Shown here: in pieces, positions 8,988-18,726 of the stretch
Layout of the letters: each line of letters starts with the position of its first letter
Position numbering within the stretch: the stretch's first letter is position 1
IMG/VR virus record: IMGVR_UViG_3300029791_000448
Coordinates: 1 to 64,000 of that record
Length of the DNA stretch: 64,000 bases
Reading direction: 5' to 3' (one strand)
Origin: a virus
Made by a program: the position numbers and the translations under genes
Notes under the pieces: generated by a model
Told to the model about the DNA's origin: nothing
Database searches by the model: none
Seen by the model: only the letters and a program-made list of their open reading frames with translations

Positions 8988-11348
8988 TTATCTTACATGC
9001 CTCTTCCGCTGGCTGCCGTCGCGCATCGTATGCCCGTCATAATAGCTTGCGGTATTGCGGTAATCTTCGATATTGGAATCCATCTCTACCTCGGTCTTGG
9101 TGTCATCGAACCAGTGTACCGTAAACTTCAGCGGTGAATGAATCGTGATGGAGAGGAGGAATGCCTTGCAGTGTTCTTCGGTCACTTCATTCAGAAAGGC
9201 CACCGTACCATCCCGCCCCACCGGGAGGTTCTTCATCCACTCGATTGCCTTTTCCCTTCGTTCATAGTCGCCCTCCAGTTCTTCCCAGTAGTCTTCCATA
9301 TAGTCGAGCTGTTCGGTCAGTTTCTGCTCAGTGTCCGTGTCCTTCTGAATATCACACTCCAGTTTCTCAATGAGCTTTTTCTTCTCCTCAATAGAAGCAG
9401 GGTCGATCATCTCGTCACCGAGAAGTTCCAGACGGGTCTGCATCACATCCACCTGACTTTTCAGGAGCCGGATCTTCTTACTGGTGCTTTCCACACTGGT
9501 GTGTGCGGCTGCTATCTGCTTTTTATAAAAAGCACGGTCGCGTTCCATAAAATCCAGCTTCTGAATGCTCTCCAGCCGTGCAAGCATCTGGCTTACAAAA
9601 GAATCTGCTTCCGGGGTGAAGTTGTCATACTGCTCTTTGAACCGGCCGCTCATGATGTCTGCCACAGCCACGTTGTCATGGATGGGCTTAAGCGTCAGCC
9701 GGAACCGCTCCAGAACTGCTTTACGGAAGGCTCGGACAACCTGTTCCTCGTATACTTTTTCTGCATGGCAGATACTTTTTCCTGTCGTCCGGCTGCTCGT
9801 CGGGCACCGCCAGATGGGATAGTTCCCATTTCCGTTTGTCACATGGAAAAAGCGGCCGCACTCCCCGCAGATTAGTCTTTGGGAAAACGCTCTCGGCTTC
9901 TTGCCGGATCTTGTCCTGTTATATAAATCGCTGTTTACTTTTACGACTTCCTGTGCCTTTTCAAACAGGTCCTCGTCAACGATTGCCGGATGATGGTTCC
10001 GGACAAAATACTGAGGGACTTCGCCTTTGTTGTCCCGGACTTCATGTGTCAGGTAATCCGATGTGAACTTCTTCTGGATAAGGACTGCACCCATGTACCG
10101 CTCGGCACGGACGATCCGCGTGATATTCCCGCCTGTCCATCCATCCAGCAGATCACTGTTTAACTGCCCTTTCTTGGATTTTTTCTTTCTTACTCTCACT
10201 GCGTCGGTGACAGGAGCCGGAATCTTGTCCATGTTCAGTCCCCTTGCAATCTCCGTATAGGCTTTTCCTTCCACGACTTCATGGAAAATGCGCCGGACGA
10301 CCCTGGCTTCTTCCTCAACGATCTCAATATCTTTATACTCATATCCGCTCTCGGAGGTAACCATCTTCCCATTGTAGCGGTATCCGTACATGATCTTGTT
10401 GGGAACATCCCCCTTCGGAAAGCGCATCTTCTGCCCCAGCCGGATGTTGCTAGAAATGCTGCGGCTTTCTTCCTGTGCAATGGCTGCCAGTGTCGTAAGG
10501 ATGAAGTCGCTGGTCGGGTCTGCTGTATCCAGATTTTCTTTCTCGAACAGAATCGTTACCCCGCAGTCATGCAGGATATCCAGTGCGCTCATAAAGTCAG
10601 CCGTGTTTCGGGCAAATCGTGATATGGACTTGCACACAATGCGGTCGATCTTCCCGTCCTTACAATGGCGCATCAGTCGGCGGAATCCGGTTCTCTTTTC
10701 CTTGGAAGTGCCGGAGATGCCGTAATCGGAGTACACACCGACTGCATTCCATGCCGGATTATTTTCAATCAGCTGGTTAAAGTATTTTTCCTGCGTTTCA
10801 TAGGAGTTCTCCTGGTCGCTCATGTCCGTAGAAACGCGGATGTAAGCTGCCACATTAAGGGTTCCGGCTTTCTTTTTGGTAGCCCGGAAGGTCGCCGTCG
10901 AAACGAACTTGTTATCCTGCGGTTCTTCCGGTGTGAAGAGCTTCGTAAACTCACTCTCCATACTGCTCTGCAGCCGTTCTGCAATGTCCGGCTCTGCCAT
11001 GACCTTTTTGGCATCCAGAGCTTTCTGGATAAGAGCTGTGATACCGGCGTCCACGATGTCTTTTGATTTTTGGGGTGTCTGTTTTTTATCTGATGCGTTT
11101 TTGGGTTTTTGTTGAGTAGACTTGCCCTGGTGCGTATCAGCCAGTGGTAAAAAAGAAGCTGTGGCAGCATCCGTACTTTGACGAACATCTGCCACAGCTT
11201 CCACAGGTTTCTTTTTCCCAAGAGCGGCTTCCAGTAAAGCCGAGACATCCACAGCAGATGCATTTACTCTCTTCTGCTGTTTCTGCTGTACTGTATTCTT
11301 CACAGTCTTTTTCTGCAGATTTGCAAGGAAATCCGTACCAGTACTCAT
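8988..11348 (-). CDS. Large serine recombinase 3 with K/Q-rich low-complexity N-terminal extension, 786 aa (true start may be internal)
   Basis: VAAYIRVSTDMSDQ...SISRFARN catalytic domain from aa ~170, then recombinase and zinc-ribbon domains. It ends 35 nt upstream of recombinase 2. Confidence 0.85.
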   Translation of the reverse strand: MSTGTDFLANLQKKTVKNTVQQKQQKRVNASAVDVSALLEAALGKKKPVEAVADVRQSTDAATASFLPLADTHQGKSTQQKPKNASDKKQTPQKSKDIVDAGITALIQKALDAKKVMAEPDIAERLQSSMESEFTKLFTPEEPQDNKFVSTATFRATKKKAGTLNVAAYIRVSTDMSDQENSYETQEKYFNQLIENNPAWNAVGVYSDYGISGTSKEKRTGFRRLMRHCKDGKIDRIVCKSISRFARNTADFMSALDILHDCGVTILFEKENLDTADPTSDFILTTLAAIAQEESRSISSNIRLGQKMRFPKGDVPNKIMYGYRYNGKMVTSESGYEYKDIEIVEEEARVVRRIFHEVVEGKAYTEIARGLNMDKIPAPVTDAVRVRKKKSKKGQLNSDLLDGWTGGNITRIVRAERYMGAVLIQKKFTSDYLTHEVRDNKGEVPQYFVRNHHPAIVDEDLFEKAQEVVKVNSDLYNRTRSGKKPRAFSQRLICGECGRFFHVTNGNGNYPIWRCPTSSRTTGKSICHAEKVYEEQVVRAFRKAVLERFRLTLKPIHDNVAVADIMSGRFKEQYDNFTPEADSFVSQMLARLESIQKLDFMERDRAFYKKQIAAAHTSVESTSKKIRLLKSQVDVMQTRLELLGDEMIDPASIEEKKKLIEKLECDIQKDTDTEQKLTEQLDYMEDYWEELEGDYERREKAIEWMKNLPVGRDGTVAFLNEVTEEHCKAFLLSITIHSPLKFTVHWFDDTKTEVEMDSNIEDYRNTASYYDGHTMRDGSQRKRHVR

Positions 11349-11605
11349 AGTTTTCGCTCCTTTCCTGCCCGTTTTCTTCTCTTTGGGCAGTCACATATTC
11401 CCTCTGTTTCGTGATATTATCAAGTAATTTCGGCGCAGAAAGACGGAGAATAATCTGGGAGATTATTGTCTTATCTGCACGATTTTTATTTTTATTTTGT
11501 TTCTTTTTCCAGTTGCGATTTTTCCGATTCCGCATATACTATTACTGAGCGTGATAGTTCACACGCCACAAATTATTCCAGAGTACTTGTGTTCTGGTTA
11601 TTTTG

Positions 11606-11614
11606 TGCTATAAT
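11606..11614 (+). promoter_or_regulatory. Extended -10 promoter (TGCTATAAT)
   Basis: Perfect TGnTATAAT in an AT-rich stretch, about 200 nt upstream of the ATG at 11812. Confidence 0.45.
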
Positions 11615-11624
11615 GAACTTAGAG

Positions 11625-11811
11625 GATAGCGGCATTGACCAGCTATCGTGGCGTTGAAGCAGTGGACTGGTTCGGTTTCAGCCGATTGTGGAGCCTGCCC
11701 GTGGGTTATGCGACAACCACAAGCCGAATAGATTCTTTGAATCGAACAAAAACGCTTAATGAGAGCCTTGCTACGGCAGGGCTCTTATTTTTTGGCAAAG
11801 GAGATGATGGC
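11625..11811 (+). promoter_or_regulatory. Structured ~190-nt 5' leader (riboswitch/attenuator-like) ending in an intrinsic terminator immediately before the RBS
   Basis: Several complementary segments: GATAGC..GCTATC at 11633..11657, TTGTGG..CCACAA, and a terminal hairpin plus U-tract at 11762..11793 directly followed by AAAGGAG and the ATG. Class not identified. Confidence 0.3.
11762..11793 (+). terminator. Intrinsic terminator/attenuator hairpin at the 3' end of the leader
   Basis: AGAGCC-N12-GGCTCT followed by TATTTTTT. Confidence 0.5.
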
Positions 11812-12417
11812 ATGAGTACCGATATACTATATGAAGCGGCATTAACGTGGAAAGAACTAATGCAGTTCAATTACGTTTTTACATATGGCTACAAAAAGCA
11901 GCTTCATACCATCACTCTCGCTTTCCCACCTGAGCGATTTCCGCATCTTGCAGGTTTTCAATATTTGACTGATGTCAGTCTGCCACGATTCAACCGTTCA
12001 AAAACGCTTGACATGATCCTGCGTAAAAAAATCATGCTTTCTCAGATCGAAAAAGGCTCTCAATATCAGGAAAGTGTAAAGCCCCGCCTGGAAGCATTGG
12101 TTCGCTTAAAGCAAACAATTGAACAGGACTTTATCCTCCATTCCTACATGCCGCGTTTTTATTCCTTCAGCACCCAAATACAAGCTGATTACCTGATTTC
12201 TAAAGCTACACCGCCAATTGATTTTATCTTTATCATCCGATCAACTTCATCAGGTGACATTTCCGTTTGTGATTTTGTTTGCTGCTCTGCTTTTACACAA
12301 ACAGACCGAGATTACCGTGAGAACCAGCGCCCACGAACAATCCTGAAAAAAGAACGGATTTGCGTTTCAACATCTGAAACTGTTATCTTATATGATCGGC
12401 TAACCGGACAGGAATAG
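11812..12417 (+). CDS. Hypothetical moron protein, 201 aa
   Basis: ATG with AAAGGAG RBS. It is on the opposite strand to all neighbouring phage genes, between the lysis cassette and recombinase 3. No recognisable domain. Confidence 0.5.
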   Translation: MSTDILYEAALTWKELMQFNYVFTYGYKKQLHTITLAFPPERFPHLAGFQYLTDVSLPRFNRSKTLDMILRKKIMLSQIEKGSQYQESVKPRLEALVRLKQTIEQDFILHSYMPRFYSFSTQIQADYLISKATPPIDFIFIIRSTSSGDISVCDFVCCSAFTQTDRDYRENQRPRTILKKERICVSTSETVILYDRLTGQE

Positions 12418-12540
12418 CCCATTTTGAAAGGCACAGCCCACACCTGGTTCTGTGTCTTTTTTCATATTCTTTAACATTCAGCTAATTCACCTCGCAATAA
12501 TGTTTATGTACGCCCCGCCCTGTAAGGACGGGGACTGTTT

Positions 12541-14004
12541 TTAGATACGGGATGCAAAGTCAAGTGCGATCCAGCCTGCACCGGATTTCAGCTTGCCCCA
12601 GCCCTTTGCAGAACCAGCACCGGCAGCTTCTGCCACGATGGTAAACACGCCCTTTCCGGTGTAATAACCGGTCTTACCGTAATTCGTGCCCGGTCCCTTG
12701 CGGATGTTGAGGTCTTTAATGGATACACGCACAGTATACGGGACTGAAGACTTCGGTTCCGGGTAGACGGCCTTACCCGCCGGGTCAAAAACATAATAGC
12801 CCGGATTCTTATCCGCACACTGCTTTGCATAGGTGCGGTCGTGGAACGCACCTTTCTGGGAAGCGGCATTCTGCCAGCTCTTACGGACACGGTACCAGCC
12901 GGAAATGGTGGTGCTTCCAGCAGCCGCATTGTACTGCGTCAGGTTCCAACGCTCGATGATATTGCAGAGATCCTGCACATAGGTGTGACTGGTAGCATAG
13001 CCACCATCCTTGATGATCTGTGCCGCTTTCTTGTAATCAGTGCAGCCTGCCAGACCCTCGTAGCGTTTCCTGCTGCCGTTCATCGCACCGAGCAGATATG
13101 CCGCATGGTCGGCAATGGAGTCTTCCACACAGGCGTACTTACGGAAGTCAGCGGTGATCGTGACCATCGAACCGTCATCGTTCTGCTCCTGCGTTTTCTT
13201 GGTATAGACGGACTTGCCATCCCAACTGCTGCCGCTCCAGCTGTTCCCGGAAAGCGAAGTCTTCATGCCGAAGCAGTTATTGGCATTTTGTGCCAGCTCA
13301 GATTTACCGTAGCCGGATTCCAGAATGAACTGTGCCATCGACACGCAGGCAAGGATGCCAGTAGTTTTCTGGTTCGCAGTAAACAGCGGACCGATCTTTG
13401 CCACTGCCTCTGCTTCTGACAGGTTTTTCAGCGAAGAAGCCTGCATGCCGGATGAGGATGAACCGCCCAGTGCTGCAGTTACCCTTGCGGCCAGATCACC
13501 CAGGCGGGCATACAGCCAGTTTCCAGGGCAGCTTTTGTTGGCAAACCAGCGGTGAACGGTCAGCACCATTTCATCTGCCGCCGGAGCATAGTTGAGTGTC
13601 TTATTTTTATCACCCAGCCACAGGAGCTTCTTCTTCCCGTTACGCTTGCAGATATCGATGCAGAGCTTGACGAGAGAGTCATATACGGCACTGTTCATGG
13701 CATACGGCTCATTCATGTCGCTGGCGCACTCGATGGTGACAGCCCTCTGGTCATTGGCATTGCTGGACGAACACCAGCTGCGGTTCTTTTCCTCGACACA
13801 AAGTGACACCCGCCCATCCGTACCGATGCCGTAGTTGCAGCTTGCCTGACGGCTCGTGCTGGTAAAGCAGCCGCAGATGCTCTCCGCAGAAAGCTGACCG
13901 ACCACACAATGCGGTGTGATGCGGTCGATACTGTGTGTCCTCTGCCCGGAATGGTTCGGGGAGAGCTTGGTGTAAACAACGAGTGGACTATTGGTATATC
14001 CCAT
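12541..14004 (-). CDS. Bifunctional endolysin: N-acetylmuramoyl-L-alanine amidase, glucosaminidase and two SH3b wall-binding domains, 487 aa
   Basis: Amidase_2-like N-terminus, glucosaminidase motif FILESGYGKSELAQNANNCFGMK, and C-terminal SH3-like repeats (GWYRVRKSW..., YTVRVSIKDLNIRKGPG...). Confidence 0.9.
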   Translation of the reverse strand: MGYTNSPLVVYTKLSPNHSGQRTHSIDRITPHCVVGQLSAESICGCFTSTSRQASCNYGIGTDGRVSLCVEEKNRSWCSSSNANDQRAVTIECASDMNEPYAMNSAVYDSLVKLCIDICKRNGKKKLLWLGDKNKTLNYAPAADEMVLTVHRWFANKSCPGNWLYARLGDLAARVTAALGGSSSSGMQASSLKNLSEAEAVAKIGPLFTANQKTTGILACVSMAQFILESGYGKSELAQNANNCFGMKTSLSGNSWSGSSWDGKSVYTKKTQEQNDDGSMVTITADFRKYACVEDSIADHAAYLLGAMNGSRKRYEGLAGCTDYKKAAQIIKDGGYATSHTYVQDLCNIIERWNLTQYNAAAGSTTISGWYRVRKSWQNAASQKGAFHDRTYAKQCADKNPGYYVFDPAGKAVYPEPKSSVPYTVRVSIKDLNIRKGPGTNYGKTGYYTGKGVFTIVAEAAGAGSAKGWGKLKSGAGWIALDFASRI

Positions 14005-14074
14005 AATGATTTCCTCCTGCTAAAAAAGTTGAGGCCCAGATCACTCTGAACCTCGTGCTGTGGTTATTCTGTTG

Positions 14075-14803
14075 TTACGGGATCAGCAGTTTCATGCCGA
14101 CCCGGATGGCGTTGGAAGTCAGCCCATTCAGCACACGGATATCTGCACAGCGGCTGCCGCTTCCCAGTTCCTTATCTGCGATCTTCCAGAGATTATCACC
14201 AGGAACAACGGTATAGATCCTGCCTGCTGTGAACGCATAGGTATCCGCACTGTTCAGGACATATGCCACACCGTCCTCTGCCTCGGCACACTTGATCTTC
14301 AGCCAACCATCACAGAACTGCACCACTTCCACAAGGGCATTCTTCTTATAGACCGCTACGACCTCCGCTTCCAGACTCGGCTTTTTGCGGATGATCATGA
14401 GGGTCTTGAGCTTGCCGTAGGCAATGGTCGCCGGAAGCTCCTCCGCAGTCGGGAACTCATTCTCATCCACAGCGGACTCCTCATTCTTATCAACTTCATC
14501 CTCTGCTTCCTTTTCCGCCGGGGTATCTTCCACAGGGGTTGTGGTTTCCGGCTTATCTTCCGGGATATCGTCCACGACTGCTTTCTCCTCACTCTCATCT
14601 GCGCCGGTATCCGGGACAGCCTCTTCCGGATAGATCACGTTGCCGTCATTGTCGAACACTCGGCTGCCGGGGTTCTCATCGCACTTGGCTTTTGCATTCG
14701 CCAGCAGACGGTACGCGCCAAACTGGGATGCCTCATCTTCCCAGACTTCACGCACACGGTAATAACCGGTCGTCAGTTTTGCGGGACACTCTTTCTTACT
14801 CAT
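14075..14803 (-). CDS. SH3b plus LysM domain cell-wall-binding protein (lysis-associated), 242 aa
   Basis: N-terminal GYYRVREVWEDEASQ SH3-like segment, acidic linker, and C-terminal LysM (YTVVPGDNLWKIADKELG...GMKLLIP). Confidence 0.75.
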   Translation of the reverse strand: MSKKECPAKLTTGYYRVREVWEDEASQFGAYRLLANAKAKCDENPGSRVFDNDGNVIYPEEAVPDTGADESEEKAVVDDIPEDKPETTTPVEDTPAEKEAEDEVDKNEESAVDENEFPTAEELPATIAYGKLKTLMIIRKKPSLEAEVVAVYKKNALVEVVQFCDGWLKIKCAEAEDGVAYVLNSADTYAFTAGRIYTVVPGDNLWKIADKELGSGSRCADIRVLNGLTSNAIRVGMKLLIP

Positions 14804-14856
14804 ATTGCTTTCCTCCTAAAAATTGAGGGAGAGGCTGTTACACCTCTCCCCATTGA

Positions 14857-15300
14857 TTACTCGTCCTTATTCTCCTTTTCTTCCTTCAACTGTGCCAGCA
14901 TCTCCTTGAGCTTCTCCGGCACCGGAAGACCGATAACGGCTGCGTTTTCGAGGCAGCTCAGGCCCTCATTCGCCAGATAGAAAAACACCACTGCTGTACG
15001 GATGGCCGCTCCATTCTGGAGGATCTGTGTGTCAATGATGTTGGCAATGCCGACCAGTACGAAGATGCACACCTTCTTGGCGATGCCCTTAAAGCCAACT
15101 TCAGAAGAAAGCTCATGCTTGATCGCTGCCGCCAGCACTCCGGTGAAGTAGTCACAGACCACGAACACTACAAGTGCATACAGGAAGCCGTCAAACCCGC
15201 CAAAGAACCAGCCCAGGAAACCACCCAGACCTGCGAACATCCATTCAATCTTGTCGATCACATTCTGCATAATCTTGTCCTTTCCTGCCCATTTGGGCAT
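14857..15300 (-). CDS. Holin (phage_holin_4_1 / toxin-secretion holin-like), 147 aa
   Basis: Two or three transmembrane segments, a DYFTGV motif, and a charged C-terminal tail. It sits directly upstream of the lysis genes. Confidence 0.8.
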   Translation of the reverse strand: MPKWAGKDKIMQNVIDKIEWMFAGLGGFLGWFFGGFDGFLYALVVFVVCDYFTGVLAAAIKHELSSEVGFKGIAKKVCIFVLVGIANIIDTQILQNGAAIRTAVVFFYLANEGLSCLENAAVIGLPVPEKLKEMLAQLKEEKENKDE

Positions 15301-15398
15301 AAAAATAGACGGTCAATGCCGCCTTGTGTATACTCCTTCTATAATGAACACCGTTTCACAGGCATTTGGGAGGTATGTCTGTCAGGGACGGTGGAAAT

Positions 15399-18300
15399 TT
15401 ATTTGCTGTCTTCCGTCAGCCATGCACGGATCTGGCAGTAATAGCCGTCTGCCCATGCCTGATAGCCTCTTCCGGACGGGTGGATGCTGTTGGTCAGCGC
15501 CCGGCTGGTTTCCGTGAATCGGTTCGTCACCGGCTTATCCGAATACGGAAATGCCAGACGGCGGTCCGTGCGAAGACCGTGGGCAAAACAGGTCACGTTT
15601 TTGCGATACTTGCCAGCATCAAATGCCTTGATCAGTGCAAGGTTCAGCGTGTTAATGCTCATATGGAAGATACCCATGTTGGAACCGCACTGATAAGAAT
15701 AATCCGAGCCGGGACCACAAAGACCGATACCGATCTTGCAGTTCGGGAAGCCCGTTTCCTTATCCAGCAGCGCATCGATGAACTGCTTCGCCTGATCCAC
15801 GAACTTCTGCACCTCAGCTTCCGTGCGGTACAGTGTAGTGCCCTGCGACACATCATTGGTGCCAAGTGCGATCAGGAAGTAGTTGATACCCTCATAGCCG
15901 TTGGTCTCACAGTATTTCTGGAAATCCAGACGGCCTTTGATCTTATCCCAGAATGCATTCGTTTTGCCGGCGTAATCCGTGTCTGCCAGATACCGGGCAA
16001 AGGTCCAGCTGCCACGTCCTTCGTGCTTGCCGCCAGACGGTCCTCTCGTTCCCAGCTGGTGGATCACGCAGTCATTATCCTCTGCCAGCAGACGGTACAC
16101 TTCCGTTGCAACGGAGCCATTGTCCACGAGAGAGTCTCCACAGATGCAGATATTCTTTGTGAGCTTGTCCTTCAGCTTATGGTGAACCCTGACCTGGACA
16201 GGTTTGGACGATACCGTATGGCAGTCATCTTCATCCAGACGGCGGACGGTCAGTGCAAAATCCGTACTGTCCTTCGTCGGCGTGTAGTTCATGCAGTACT
16301 CGTTCCGGGTCAGGCTCGGTGCATTCGTGCCTCTGGCGAGCACATACAGATTTTCCTTGCCATCGTGGCGGGAAAGACAGTCAAAGAAGATGGAAAGCTG
16401 GCGTCCCTCCATGCAGTCCCAGTGGGACGGGGTCACGATGTCATCCTCTACAGCCGGAGTAATGGCTTTCTGCACATAATCCGTGATACGCTTCGGGATG
16501 AAAGATGCCGCGTTATCTGCGAAGAGATCACCCGCTTTGTATTCCTTACCGCCCACAATGAACTTCACATCCGGGTGAATGTGCGGATTATACAGCTTGC
16601 TCTGATACCAGGATGCAATATAGAAACCATTCGTACCCAGCTTTCGGAACAGGCTGGTGTCGTACAGATTGATGGTTTTCGTACCAGCGTCATAAGCGAG
16701 AATGCGCATCGGCATGCCAAAAGTCGAGCTGGGTGTGTTAAATGCCATCTCCACCGGATCGCCTGCCGTGATCCACTCATAGTGGAACGTATCCGGAACA
16801 CCCAGACACTTGGTACTGACCTGGATCGTACCGGCATTCTGGTCAATGGTAATGCCACCGCTTGCCAGATACATATGGCGGGAATCCTTACCGGCAAGAT
16901 CCGTGCGGAGCTGCTGGAAGCGGTCCTCATACTTCTTTTCGATATAGTAGTCACGCCGCTCTTCATCGAACAGCTCACCAGCCTTATAAGTCGTGCCATC
17001 CAGTACAATGCTGAAAGAAGAACCCATGTGCGGATACCAGAAATGGTTTTCATACCATGCAGCGATATAGTAGCCGTTTACTCCCAATGCCCGGAACTGT
17101 GCAGTGTTGTAAAGATTGATCTGATCTATGGACGAGTCATAGGCAAGGATCAGCATGTGATGCTTTTCTGCTTCCGTACTATCCAACATCGGTACCGGCT
17201 CCTCACTAGCACTGATCCAGTAGTAAGCACCGTTATCGACAACCGCCAGGATACGTTTCGTGACCTGAATGGTGCGGTTGACCGTATCGATCGCAAACTG
17301 GCCTGTAGCGAGGAACATCTTTGCTGAACGGTACTTGTGCCAGGTCATCGCAGTATTCGCAATCTTGGCTGGATTGCCATAATCGATCCCGTTGATGACT
17401 GTACCGTTGCTCGAAGGAGCTGCGTACACCACATTCCAGTCAAAAAAGACCGCAAACACAAAGCGGCCCTTTGTGAATAGATCGCCCCAGCTATCGCCGC
17501 TTGTATTTTCCACCTTAATGACAGGGACTTCTGTCTTTTCTCCCGTCTTGTTTGCGGATGCTTCCGCACCATCATAGTAGATCGCCCACCATTTTCCCAC
17601 TACTGCAAAGTCAAATGAGGTACTGTTTTCCGCCACCAGTTTCGTCTGCTCGTACTGTATACCATTTGTACGGCGGCAGACATACACACTCTTTCCCTCC
17701 GGGAATGTGACTGTCACCTTGCTGCCCGTGAACCTGATATCCACGCTGCCGTTCATCCACTGCCAGCCTGTTGCGTAATTTGACAGCAATCTCATCGGGA
17801 GCATGTTGTCATAGAGGTACACCGAGAGCTTCGAGAACAGCTTTTCATTGGTGGTGACAGAGATGAAACGGGTATTCGGAAGCAGTGTGATCACATAGTT
17901 GTCATAGACCTTGCCGCTCTCTGCCCGGAAACAGCCACCGAGGAACTTACGGTCCATGTCATAGCAGACCACGTTGTTATAGTCATTCCGGCCGCTCATA
18001 TAGCCGAACTGACCGTCCACCAGAATCGCATCACCGCTGACCGGGACCATGTGCGCCACGCGCCAGCTTTCCGAAGCTACAAGGTTGCCGTTCTGGTTTG
18101 CGTAACCATTTTTGATCACCCAGTTCTTCATGATATTCTGCATGGAACGCACCCTGCCGACCGCACGGATATTGTCACCGGCTGTAGGATAAGTCTTTCC
18201 CTCATCATCCACACGGGCATCTACAAGCTCCTGTGCATAGTTGGCATTTTTATCTGTAGATGCCTTGACGTTGGCATTGATCTGGGCTTTCAGCGTTTCT

Positions 18301-18704
18301 GCAGTCTTATCCATCTCGGACTTACTGGCCGCAACCGCACTATTTGCGGCATCGACCTTCTGGGTGATATCCGCTACATCCTGTGCGGTCATCTTGCGCA
18401 GGACCGCCACATCTGATGCAGTATCTGTACGAAGCTGCTCTACATCTGCCGCAGTATCCTTGCGGAACTGCTCCACTTCTTCTGCCGTATTCTGACGGTA
18501 CAGAGCCATCTGCTCCGAGAACCGGGAACACATCGCCCAGTATTCCTCCTGTGATAGAAGCGTTCCGGCCGGCACAGGTTTCCGGCTCATATAGCTGTCG
18601 CCTGTGGATTCCTCATACACAATTGTAAGAGGTTCATATTCTTTTGCTTTGTCCCAGACACCATCATGGCGAGGGACGATTCGGTTGCCGATATATTCCG
18701 ACAT
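15399..18704 (-). CDS. Tail fibre / receptor-binding protein with C-terminal SGNH (GDSL) hydrolase domain, about 1101 aa
   Basis: Start taken at the MSEYIG ATG with an AAAGGGGAAAA RBS. The N-terminus has repetitive DTA-x-DV coiled segments. The C-terminus has GDS(L) block CICGDSLVDNG, GTND block, and a D-x-x-H block (NSIHPS). Confidence 0.8.
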   Translation of the reverse strand: MSEYIGNRIVPRHDGVWDKAKEYEPLTIVYEESTGDSYMSRKPVPAGTLLSQEEYWAMCSRFSEQMALYRQNTAEEVEQFRKDTAADVEQLRTDTASDVAVLRKMTAQDVADITQKVDAANSAVAASKSEMDKTAETLKAQINANVKASTDKNANYAQELVDARVDDEGKTYPTAGDNIRAVGRVRSMQNIMKNWVIKNGYANQNGNLVASESWRVAHMVPVSGDAILVDGQFGYMSGRNDYNNVVCYDMDRKFLGGCFRAESGKVYDNYVITLLPNTRFISVTTNEKLFSKLSVYLYDNMLPMRLLSNYATGWQWMNGSVDIRFTGSKVTVTFPEGKSVYVCRRTNGIQYEQTKLVAENSTSFDFAVVGKWWAIYYDGAEASANKTGEKTEVPVIKVENTSGDSWGDLFTKGRFVFAVFFDWNVVYAAPSSNGTVINGIDYGNPAKIANTAMTWHKYRSAKMFLATGQFAIDTVNRTIQVTKRILAVVDNGAYYWISASEEPVPMLDSTEAEKHHMLILAYDSSIDQINLYNTAQFRALGVNGYYIAAWYENHFWYPHMGSSFSIVLDGTTYKAGELFDEERRDYYIEKKYEDRFQQLRTDLAGKDSRHMYLASGGITIDQNAGTIQVSTKCLGVPDTFHYEWITAGDPVEMAFNTPSSTFGMPMRILAYDAGTKTINLYDTSLFRKLGTNGFYIASWYQSKLYNPHIHPDVKFIVGGKEYKAGDLFADNAASFIPKRITDYVQKAITPAVEDDIVTPSHWDCMEGRQLSIFFDCLSRHDGKENLYVLARGTNAPSLTRNEYCMNYTPTKDSTDFALTVRRLDEDDCHTVSSKPVQVRVHHKLKDKLTKNICICGDSLVDNGSVATEVYRLLAEDNDCVIHQLGTRGPSGGKHEGRGSWTFARYLADTDYAGKTNAFWDKIKGRLDFQKYCETNGYEGINYFLIALGTNDVSQGTTLYRTEAEVQKFVDQAKQFIDALLDKETGFPNCKIGIGLCGPGSDYSYQCGSNMGIFHMSINTLNLALIKAFDAGKYRKNVTCFAHGLRTDRRLAFPYSDKPVTNRFTETSRALTNSIHPSGRGYQAWADGYYCQIRAWLTEDSK

Positions 18705-18726
18705 ATTTTCCCCTTTCCCGGCTCTA

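Noticed and set aside
8081-9124. Long plus-strand ORFs (347 aa here; also 15366..17327 at 653 aa, 23973..25883 at 636 aa, 29782..30960 at 392 aa, 47977..49038 at 353 aa)
   Set aside because: They run antisense to well-supported minus-strand genes (recombinases, tail fibre, tape measure, SPFH, acidic protein). Their products are low-complexity (Arg/His/Cys or Leu-rich) with no motifs, and they lack RBS-led starts. They are GC-rich antisense read-through artefacts.
8988-9480. K/Q-rich N-terminal ~170 aa of recombinase 3 considered as a separate gene
   Set aside because: Same frame and continuous with the catalytic domain, with no internal stop. Treated as a low-complexity extension; the true start may be an internal Met.
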